A DNA stretch of 64,000 nucleotides from Ascidiella aspersa (lineage: Eukaryota), in NCBI GenBank assembly GCA_963924565.1, contig OZ004610.1, positions 26,040,001-26,104,000 on the forward strand. The letters run 5' to 3'. This document shows, piece after piece, positions 56,201 through 64,000 of the stretch (position 1 is the stretch's first letter; the number at the start of each line of letters is the position of its first letter). The position numbers and the translations under genes are program-made. Below the pieces are notes generated by a model, which did no database searches, was not told where the DNA came from, and was given only the letters and a program-made list of their open reading frames with translations.

Positions 56201-59200
56201 TGCCGTAGAGCACATCATCTTGCGGGTGCGCCTTCATAAAGTAGTCCGTCCCCCATTTGATTGCCTTGTACAGGTTAATGGTCTCACCCGCCTGCTGGTA
56301 GCCCCCTGCGAATGCAAGTCCACCCCAGGCCAGCTGGGTGACCGCGAAAGCCATTGGAAAACCGAACTTGACGTAATCTCCACCTGATAAGTAATTAATT
56401 ACCGTTAAAAGCTTGTTTATTGTAAAATGTCAAAACTAGTAATGGATTGCCTATTCTTAGAACTGTTTCGAAGTATAGGAGCGTTTTCTGTCTGGGTTAA
56501 AAGCTTGTTTCTTTTAAAATGTGAAACTTGGTATTCATTAACTCTTTTTGAGGACTGGTTTAGGCTACGGAGCATTTTGCCTGGAGTCTTAAAATGTTTC
56601 AAATTTCCGCGACGGAGTGTTTTTATTTTGCATTAGGTGCCGACGTTTTCCGTTAATGCACAACGCATCGAGTTAAAACCAAACTTTCTGGTAAATTCAC
56701 AAATAAAACATGAATAACTCTCGGAATTTTTTATTTAACGATATGGGAAACCGTTTATATCGTTCATTTTCGTTCAACAATATCGTGCAGTGAAGTTGTT
56801 TAATGATAATTAACATATGGAGGTTTTAAGTGAGTATAGTTTTATTAATCATTAATTTAATTTTTATTTATTAAATTCGCCAGAAACTGTTTTATTGTTG
56901 CTAGACCGGGAAATGAATGAAGTGCTGTATGCTTTCAGCAACTGCCGTGCCGCGTAAGCGTAACGTAAATTTATCTTGGAAGAGAAAAAGTACGAACAAC
57001 GCGTAAGAAAAGAACTACAAAGAAGTTTATTGTTACAGCGATGGCGGTTGGTGATATAATACCTCTCTTTCAAAGTTCTTAGACGTGCGGCGCCATGGCT
57101 AAGCGGTTACAGCGCCTGTCTAGTAAACAGGAGATCCTGGGTTCGAATCCCAGTGGTGCCTTGCTTTTTCGACTTTTAAGAAAATTAGCTTGAAATTCTT
57201 CTTGTTACGTCTTGCAAACTTTTTTGACGATATTCTAAATTCCTACCACATGTTGTCCGGGGTGTTGAATTGCTAACATTTATACACAATGAGTCCAATA
57301 ACTTATTGTGGCTGTTGCAATTAAACGTAATGCTAAATATTTCGGCAAATATATTTAGAAAAAAATGAAGTACAGACACCCTTTGAAACGGCTAACTAAG
57401 TGGGTAATGGCTGGGGTTGAAACTTGTGTCGGGGTTGGAATTATTTAGGGAGTTAGTGGTGAAGGCAGGGTTGGGATTGGGTAAGAGGTTTGTTAAATCT
57501 TGTTTTAGTCGTTTAGTTTCTGTCTTTTACCGATTTAAACCTCATTTCGACTATAAGTATTACACCTATTTTGGTCTTTTTGGGGAATCGCGTTTTATTC
57601 TTACGATGGTGTCATTTCCCAGTGTTGTTAAAACAAGTTATTTTAAAATTACTTAAGTCGAAGTTAAGTCATTTGTAAAATAACCTGAGTCCAAGTCAAG
57701 ATATTTTGAATAAATTCAAGTCAAAGCATTATTATTAAAGCAGATCAAGTTTAAGGCCTTGTAATTCAAAATTTAATGTTGAACTTTAAATTTGGTAAAC
57801 TCGTCGAATAGGGGCAATAACTCAACTAAAAACAACAAAAACCCAACATACAACAAGTGAATTGTTTTATGTTAAGATAAGAACACCTGAAAGTGCTAAA
57901 TAAAGCTCCAATTATGGAAACTCAGACCGATAACAACTGCGTCCAACCTTTTATAAGTGATGATTGAAATTACTTTTCAGTCACATTAACTGAAGATGAT
58001 ACAAGCTCGTATCGAAAGGTCTTAATAATCAAGGTGATGTCTGTCTACTCGACATTTTTGGCTTTGCAATTCATTATCAAGTACGGTAACACATTTTTAT
58101 ATAAAAAAAAAGCTTAATGAAACTACCATATTTCAACCCACGTAATTTGTTCAAAAGACTTAAGTCAAGTCAAGTCATTTAAAAACGGAGCGGTGAAAAA
58201 GTGCACTTGTGAAAATCATTGACTTAAGTCATTACAACACTGTAAAATCATTGACTTTAGTTATTACAACACTGTTATTTTGGGTCTTTTTGCTGGAGTT
58301 CCTTTAAACCTCCCCAGGGATCCCAGTTCGAGACCTATGTTTAATAAGGTCACCTACCGATATAGTAGCCCCCGGTCAAATCGACTCCTTCTGCGCCTCC
58401 ATCGTACAAAGCCGAGTCCATTTTCCAGCTGATTCGATTGTCAGCTGGCATCTTGCCAGAACGCTGGGCCTCGAAGAAAAGCAAAGACAGCTTGACTACT
58501 TTTTTGTAGTCGGTGACGAATTCTGAAACGAATTGCGCCGAAGTTTAATCCTTGAGTCGACAGCTATACTCTTGAAAACATTTATATAGCCACAGTGCGC
58601 TATAATAACAAGTTGTGTCCTATTGAGTTGCACATGCCAATTTTCTAATGGGCGATGGGGTATTACAATTTTTGAATCATTTTCAAATAAATATTACTAT
58701 AGAGTGCAAACACTTTTGGATGTAAGGACAAATAAAATGTGATAAAAAAGATTCTTGATTTCGTATCAGATGATGTTAAGACTGTTTAAAAAACGTAGCA
58801 GGTGCATTTTTAATAAAGATTTATGTTTTGTTTTATACCTGTTTTTATAAACAGTTCTATCATCATATATTGTACGATATTTTTTTTAGCTAGAATTTAA
58901 TTCTTAAAGCTACAGTGTAGTGAGTGAAGTTTAGCTTTCAACTGTTTGTGGTACGTTGAGTCTTGAGCCCTGTATTCCAGCAATTTATGTAGCCTGCCTA
59001 ACTAAAATCATTGTGTTGACATAGCCTACCCATGTTTAAAAAAATTGCCGGATAAACAATTTTACAATTAGGTATATTGTGGCGGCAATCGATAAGGAAG
59101 AAAACGCAAATAAAAACAGCACCAACCGGGTTCGTTGTCGTTCGATCCGGATTGCTTGGGACCGAAGTTCTCGCCGTGCACTTGACCTTGAAAGGTCACG

Positions 59201-60714
59201 GTGAGCGAAGGCGGTCCGTTCTGGGCGTAGCCGAGCACGTGGAAGTCAAACGTCGGGCCGTGTATGTTGCCGTTCCACGGTTGGTTGGCGATGACGTAAT
59301 AGGTGAAGTCGGGCGCTACGTCAGAGACGCGACCCTTCCACATCTGAGAGGGAAAAGGTTGGTGGTTGTTTGATTATATACTTTTACGATATACGGCTTT
59401 TCCAATATCTATTTTTTAGCTCAGATAAAAATTGTTTTGCTGGGGGGACCATCAGGGTGGTCTGCATGAATTTTTAGAGCTGATAAACACGAATGGTATA
59501 AAACAAGTAGATATAAAATGTGAAACTGAAGTATAGTATAAATACTTTCAGTGCAAAAACGTTAATTTTATTTTAATTCTTATGTTTTGAAAAAATCATA
59601 ACCTTTTAAATAATTTACTAATGTTTCAATTGGGCCTTCATGGACCCTAAAACTGTTAACGTACCCCTAAGGGATCCATAGACCCCAGCCTAAGATTTCA
59701 GAAAATCATTCAAAAGATAGTACTTACCCATTCATAAATAATAGTGTACGGTTTGTTTTATGTAAGCAATGGTCACGTTTATCCCCCCTCTTGAATTGTA
59801 AACTTATATCTCACCTGAAAGCCTTTCACCGGCTTGTTGAACGTCACCGTCATTTTCCATCCGCCAGAGGTCGGGCTTCGAACCGGCACCTTTATGTCTC
59901 CCTCGAAACCACCGTTTGAAAATGTTCCTATACAAAAGAGGCAGTTAGCAAGTTTTCCTGACCTCAAATGGATTTAAACGCCATATTAGCCTTTTCAAAG
60001 TACCGTATATGACCTATATATACTATAGGCGTTATTCAAACGGTCGTTTTCTTAACTGCTTTATTTGTAAGAAAATATGTAGAAACTAAGAACGACTGGA
60101 AGGTCCCTAATATAGGGCGACAGTCCCGGGATGGCTGAGGTCGTGAGTTCGAACCTCACCGCCAGATATTTATTTCTATAGCCTTGCAATCCTGGTTAGG
60201 CCAACTGGTTTCGTTAAGGGTCTTTTTAAAACTGAGCATAAATTTTATTTTATACGATTAGTATCAAGTTGTTTGTCAATGCCCAAAAATCTCAAAATAA
60301 CTTTCAAATTTTATATTACTATTATTTTGGTAATTTTTGTTCGAAGTTTACAAATAACTTATTCTTCTAATATTAATTCGTAAATTGTTCGTGTCAAAGG
60401 ACAACTCAGCTCTATGACCAAAAGCAAAAGGCCTCATGTCTACCCCCAAATATTTATGTTTGCAATTTTGTTGTGCAAACGAAAATATTTCTTAGAAATT
60501 CCCGGTGGTTGTCAATCGTAAAACATTATTCTATTTTTTTCTAAATAATTGTAGCCTAGCAAATAGATTACTTACTTGAAACCGTCCATAGACTTGAAAA
60601 CGGGCCCGCGAATGCATTGACAGAGCTTGACGACAACGATAAAAATAAAAACACGTGTACGATTTTTTTCAACGAAAAAGCACCAACAATTTTTCGCCCT
60701 ATCGGCGTATGCAT
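12791..60714 (-). CDS. Giant secreted multidomain protein: SP-CBM2-GH9(pseudo-enzyme)-EGF-CBM2like-linker-CBM2like-2xFN3-21xEGF; 45 coding exons, about 2241 aa (short isoform)
   Basis: All 45 exons have AG/GT boundaries with compatible phases, summing to 6726 nt with no internal stop. An in-frame TAA lies just upstream of ATG 60714; the stop TGA is at 12791-12793. There is no stop between the GH9 C-terminus (exon 47245-47417, phase 1) and the EGF exon (46401-46508, phase 1). Single-transcript continuity is inferred. Confidence 0.8.
19493..24662 (-). CDS. Eight near-identical linker+EGF exons (24513-24662, 23801-23944, 23097-23264, 22318-22485, 21717-21884, 21062-21229, 20433-20594, 19493-19642)
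   Basis: Consensus ([13 protein letters not shown])[40 protein letters not shown]; all exons are phase 1-1 and open. Confidence 0.9.
20433..23944. repeat. Tandem exon+intron duplication array, six units with periods of 601-779 bp
   Basis: Introns as well as exons are alignable, e.g. GAATTTAAATTGAC and AAACCACGCTGTATAC in the left units, and GGGCAATGTGCTA..TTCTTATCTGTT in the right units. Confidence 0.9.
25182..25254 (+). tRNA. tRNA-Val-CAC: tRNA-Val (anticodon CAC)
   Basis: 73-nt metazoan tRNA-Val sequence GTTTTCGTAGTGTAGTGGTTATCACG..CTCACAC..GGTTCGAGCCCGGGCGGAAACA. One G-U pair in the acceptor stem; TTTT follows. Confidence 0.92.
25927..25999 (+). tRNA. tRNA-Val-AAC: tRNA-Val (anticodon AAC)
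   Basis: GTTTCCGTAGTGTAGTGG..CTAACAC..GGAAACA, 73 nt, followed by an oligo-T terminator. Confidence 0.95.
26676..27261. mobile_element. hAT-type MITE with GGTTC-rich subterminal repeats
   Basis: Perfect 15-bp TIR CAGGGAGTCGAACCG; near-identical 8-bp flanks CTAAAAGG / CTAAAAAG. Confidence 0.85.
27706..27778 (+). tRNA. tRNA-Val-AAC: tRNA-Val (anticodon AAC)
   Basis: Identical to the 25927 copy; oligo-T downstream. Confidence 0.95.
28713..28785 (+). tRNA. tRNA-Val-AAC: tRNA-Val (anticodon AAC)
   Basis: Identical to the 25927 copy; oligo-T downstream. Confidence 0.95.
29366..34596 (-). CDS. Eight one-per-exon EGF/cbEGF repeats (34486-34596, 33984-34106, 33397-33513, 32764-32886, 31865-31987, 30693-30815, 30135-30317, 29366-29494)
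   Basis: Seven exons carry the DEC..C.(N/D)....(F/Y/H).C.C pattern; 34486-34596 is a non-Ca type. All exons are phase 1-1. Confidence 0.9.
35232..38524 (-). CDS. Two fibronectin type III domains (exons 38439-38524, 37222-37465, 36273-36388, 35232-35388)
   Basis: First domain: [50 protein letters not shown]. Second: [42 protein letters not shown]. Each has the classic FN3 phase 1-0-1 exon pair. Confidence 0.85.
36152..36266. repeat. CCGATA/TATCGG-rich dispersed repeat (MITE remnant; also near 13045-13145, 35790-35840, 7767-7785, 885-965)
   Basis: Recurrent GTATCGGATCGG / CCGATACC motifs. Confidence 0.55.
39044..42049 (-). CDS. Third, divergent CBM2-like module plus linker (exons 41838-42049, 40597-40711, 39839-39981, 39044-39095)
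   Basis: [46 protein letters not shown]|ISWQ aligns closely with the second module; phases 1-0-1-0-1. Confidence 0.7.
41470..41765. mobile_element. hAT-type MITE (related copies near 51985-52272 and 55572-55964)
   Basis: Left end CAGGGGTGGGCAACCTACGGTCCGCGGGCC, right end AGGTTGCCCCCTCTG; TSD degraded. Confidence 0.6.
42705..43634 (-). CDS. Pro/Val/Thr/Gln-rich linker exons (43458-43634, 42705-42842)
   Basis: Two phase 1-1 exons with clean splice sites: [34 protein letters not shown].. and [46 protein letters not shown]. Confidence 0.72.
43252..43330. repeat. Fold-back inverted repeat
   Basis: Perfect 21-bp arms ACGTAGTAAGAATATCAAAGC (43252-43272) / GCTTTGATATTCTTACTACGT (43310-43330). Confidence 0.85.
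44394..45586 (-). CDS. Second, divergent CBM2-like module (exons 45447-45586, 44394-44574)
   Basis: [36 protein letters not shown]|[14 protein letters not shown]; CBM2-like Trp spacing; phases 1-0-1. Confidence 0.7.
45129..45193. repeat. 23-bp minisatellite, about 2.8 copies
   Basis: AAATGAAGCTACTATAGATATGG repeated. Confidence 0.85.
46401..46508 (-). CDS. EGF-like domain exon immediately after GH9
   Basis: [36 protein letters not shown]; six Cys; phase 1-1 exon. Confidence 0.9.
47245..58522 (-). CDS. Glycoside hydrolase family 9 domain, predicted catalytically inactive; exons 58358-58522, 56199-56383, 54040-54199, 51834-51948, 51090-51258, 50040-50187, 49159-49336, 48067-48192, 47245-47417
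   Basis: GH9 hallmarks appear in the correct order: [112 protein letters not shown]. Confidence 0.92.
54445..54939. mobile_element. hAT-type MITE with 8-bp TSD
   Basis: TIR CAGTGGTTCTC / GAGAACCACTG; perfect TSD GTTTAAAA on both sides. Confidence 0.85.
57089..57161 (+). tRNA. tRNA-Thr-AGT: tRNA-Thr (anticodon AGT)
   Basis: GGCGCCATGGCTAAGCGGTTACAGCGCCTGTCTAGTAAACAGGAGATCCTGGGTTCGAATCCCAGTGGTGCCT has an intact acceptor stem, anticodon arm CCTGT-CTAGTAA-ACAGG and T arm, followed by TTTTT. Confidence 0.93.
57620..58274. mobile_element. MITE family rich in GACTT/AAGTC repeats (other copies near 6290-6360, 14750-15090, 24012-24461, 34860-35135, 50540-50995)
   Basis: TIR CAGTGTTGT..ACAACACTG, with the right end tandemly duplicated. 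Internal AAGTCAAGTCATTT motifs are shared among the dispersed copies. Confidence 0.65.
59127..59927 (-). CDS. N-terminal CBM2 carbohydrate-binding module (exons 59815-59927, 59127-59343)
   Basis: [37 protein letters not shown]|[27 protein letters not shown] matches the CBM2 pattern (GF.g.i.v...GW.v.v.F...W...WNG). Confidence 0.8.
60115..60165 (+). mobile_element. tRNA-derived SINE-like head fragment (second copy about 29170-29222, minus strand)
   Basis: B-box-like GTGAGTTCGAACCTCAC. About 50 nt of clear similarity between the two dispersed copies; no cloverleaf. Confidence 0.5.
60576..60714 (-). CDS. Coding exon 1: start codon and probable signal peptide
   Basis: [46 protein letters not shown] has a basic N-region, a hydrophobic core and a VNA cleavage-like site. 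The GTAAGT donor is phase 1 and matches the next exon. Confidence 0.7.
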
Positions 60715-61689
60715 TTTTTCCACCGTTTTTTAATAACTTTTCGTTTTTGCAACGTAAATTATTATCGTTTTTTTTTTATCTGAAACAGAAAAACAACTAT
60801 AAATCTATTGCTTTATCAACCGACAACACCTAGCATTCTTCACCTAACTTATCCTGAAATGTTTAAAAACGTCTGATAATTTGTAAAGTCGTTTAAAACG
60901 ATCGTTTGCAACTTGATTATTACGCCTCTTGCTATAACTGCAAAACTCAACGTAAACTTCTAACCTCGAATACTATAAATGGCCGATAATTTCGAATCGC
61001 CTATACCGATGTCAAGTAGTATCGTTACTCGTCCAATGGAGTAATATCGCAGACACGATACCAAATTACTTTGTGCAATTTAGTTACGAATTGAAAATTT
61101 ACTCAGCGTTTTCCCCTTTAAAAGATATTTTAATAGTATAGATTTACTATTGAACCACACGTTTTTTAGCGCTATTGCAAATTTTGACATATCAATCACT
61201 ACGTTTTGCAAAAGGAAACACTACGTTTGCAAACTACCTGGACTGACAGTCTGAATTTTTCCCTACAAAAATTCGGTATACGCACAAAATATTCTCATTC
61301 CTATCGGAGATCGGTCTTTCGTATTGGTTACATTACTCTAAAACGACTACCACCCATTTTTTAAACTTTCACTGCGTGTTTATTTGAAACGACAATATGA
61401 ACAGGTCCGAAATTGTATTGCCCGAAACCTAACTTCAATCGGCTGAGCACAAGCAAAAAACGAACTTCTTTCGTTGAAATGCTTTCTCTCCACTCTCCCA
61501 CTGCGCAGTCACAACAGGCAAGCAACGCAATAAACGCTTCGCCCCGCGGAAATTTATTGAACTGTAAATCAGCGCTGTCGTTCGAATTGGCCGAGACGTT
61601 GGCCGTAGGAAGTGGAACATAAACACGACAACTCAGCACGATAAATTAGGCCCTGCCTAGTGGACTTGAGGCGATTTTGTGCGGTGTCG

Positions 61690-61890
61690 AAATTCGACTG
61701 AGTTGTCCCTTGGGAGAAAATAAGCCAATTACTCTGGCGAGCGTAGATCGGCTCGTCGTTTACGACGCGACCCGGCGTTTATTGTGACGCAGCGGCGCGG
61801 GCGATTATGACGTAATTAGCAAGGTAAGTGTGTTTTGGTTTGGTGGGCAGACTGACTAAGGCGCGTGCGCTGTATTATTCAAGGTAACTG
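61690..61890 (+). promoter_or_regulatory. CpG-rich putative promoter / first-exon region upstream of the large gene
   Basis: Local CpG enrichment, a CCAAT at about 61726, CRE-like TGACGTAA at 61808, and plus-strand donors AAG|GTAAGT (61824) and AAG|GTAACT (61884). Confidence 0.35.
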
Positions 61891-64000
61891 TATTTTTACG
61901 ACTGTAGTATGCCCTCATAAAAAAGCTAGCTGTTGCGATCAGTTTATTTGAAAAAAAAAATCGCAAATTTCATATAAAAAACAGCATCATATTTAAAAAA
62001 ATCATCTTTGGATAAATAAAAAACTGTGCAACTAATATTCTCGAAATAAAACTATATAAAAATACATTTCGTAATATTGCCTATAAAGCACAATCGTTAT
62101 AAGCGATATTTCTAAAATTGGGTTTTATGGAAATGCATTTGGCACCTTTTTAGACAAATCCTTATAATATATGTTAACAAAATGCAGAAAGTTTGGTATT
62201 TTTCCTAAACTAAAAAGTGACATTTTGCCTGACGAACAAGTTTAGCAACCAAGAAAACAACTTTTTACCGATATAGTAAAAAAACGCACACTGACCAAAC
62301 GCGTAGACCTTTTTAGGCGTATACCTTATAAATATAACGCAGAAAACACAACCCTGAAATCGAAAAACTGATTAACTCCATCTAAGATCTGCAACACTTT
62401 GCTTTTCAACAGTTGGTTCTCAACATTTTATGAGTGGTGGCCCCTTCCATGGGTCTTAGATCGTAGTGAAAACGACAATTTTAAGTTTAACTGGCTAACA
62501 ATTAAAATAAGATATCTAGTACCCGCCTAAATAATGTTCCGTGAAACGCTGCCTTATACGGTTTGTTTCCTGAAGTTTCCAAATCCCTTTCTTTGCGCGA
62601 GCGCTTACATAATTAAGGTAATTGTCCACGACCCTCATTCGCCCACTCTGGCCATAATTCAAGTTAAAAGCCAGCGGACGACAATACACAATTTCGGAAC
62701 GGTCACTCGCAAAGCCGGTTCGACCACAGGCCTTTGTGTATAATTGCGACCGAACGTGATTTATTGATCCACGCATTTGCTGGAAAGTTTTTTCCTGGAC
62801 TGGCCAACCACATTGTCCGCTTTTTTTTTGAAAGTTTGCGTTCACTTTTTTATTCAAAAAATTGAACAAACCCATAAAACCTTTATTGCTACTTATAAAT
62901 CTTAACTGCTCTAAACACCATTCTAAAATTTGGCATAAATAAAACAAATCCAGTTTATTGTGGCACCAAGCAGTGACGTCATTAAACAACAACACACGTA
63001 CTGAGTCTACTTTAAAAAAACGACACTATGAATAAGTATAAATGTATATATATATATATATATAAATTTACACATTTTACAAACTATTTGTTTAGTTCAA
63101 ATCTTAGATCCACAATTACTCTATTAGATTCAGTATGAAAAGATCTGTTTTTCTCTTTTCGCGAATGAAAAGTGAAATACGATTGCTGTAACGTAACAAT
63201 ACAGACTCGGGACAAGTAACCTTCATAATGACATCGCGATTAGTCACCTGCTTTTAGGCTTAGTTGGCTAACTGTTTGGATTCCACACATTTACCACAAA
63301 GCCGCGATAACATAGCTGTGGTTTTAAATCTGCGCTTTCAATTTTTGTTATCTATAGTTTTCGCCCAAATTCTAGCACGCCGGTTAGCCGCCGGCAGTCC
63401 TTTGCCTCCTATGGGCAACAAGTTAGGTATTAGATTATAAACGTGCCTGAAATACCTGTGATTTCCATTAGTTCCAGTTTGCTGTTTATGAAACGTTCCT
63501 TACATCTTACAGTTGAAATGTGCTTGTGTTTTAAGAAACGGTTTCCCTGGTTACCTTCAAACTGACTTTACTGTTACCAAAACGCGAGCCTTTTTTACGA
63601 GAAATTGAAACTTGGCGAATTTGCAAAGCTGTGCTTGTTCTATGGTTATTAGCAAAATACTCATTTAAATATACACAAGTGTTACCAACGCCTATTCGTG
63701 ACGTAACAAAAAACGACAGAACTAAGTGTGTTTAAAATTTAAAACCTGAGTCAAAGCACTCACGCCATCCGGATTAAAAATACACAGATGGCACCCTTAA
63801 TTGTAAATAAACACAACATAATTGGCGTAATGTTTTAATCTTCTAATAAGTTAAGTCTTGGGTCCCAAAATGTAACATATTAAAGTTTAAAATTGTCATG
63901 GAGTGTTCACACAGTTCTCCTGCGAGAGGTTTCCCGCGGCCCATGAAAATATTAAAAGTTACTAAAGCTGCATTCTAACAAAATATTAAAAGCTTATGAA

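Noticed and set aside
47245-58522. GH9 as a pseudogene
   Set aside because: No frameshifts or stops, and all splice sites are intact; the most telling changes fall at catalytic and cleft positions.
47245-59927. Bacterial contamination or recent horizontal transfer of CBM2-GH9
   Set aside because: The region is interrupted by ten spliceosomal introns and has animal-type GH9 motifs (e.g. SSCP..P..CxW); GH9 is ancestral in animals.
62516-62995. 159-aa minus-strand ORF
   Set aside because: No recognisable domain, non-ATG start, AT-rich composition and no fit to the neighbouring gene model.

Overview
This window is eukaryotic (metazoan) genomic DNA, with AT-rich introns, GC-richer short exons and canonical GT-AG junctions; an ascidian/tunicate source is plausible but only inferred. 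Most of it is one very large minus-strand gene, which I assembled by hand from splice sites and intron phases. Its 45 coding exons (ATG 60714 to TGA 12791, 6726 nt, about 2241 aa) encode: signal peptide, CBM2, complete GH9 (cellulase-fold) domain, EGF, CBM2-like, Pro-rich linker, CBM2-like, 2 x FN3, then 21 more EGF repeats (mostly Ca-binding). An alternative 3' route adds 8 EGFs and the start of a vWA domain. The GH9 domain looks catalytically dead: the general-acid Glu is Gln, DAGD reads IGGD, and several sugar-binding residues are lost. The predicted product is therefore a cellulase-derived, non-hydrolytic, cellulose-binding extracellular matrix protein. Also present: a 3-exon class I SAM-dependent methyltransferase on the plus strand (4590-6978), four tRNA-Val genes and one tRNA-Thr gene inside introns, a recent tandem array of duplicated EGF exons, several hAT-type MITEs, and Penelope-type hammerhead-like fragments. 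All gene models are manual, with no transcript or database support.
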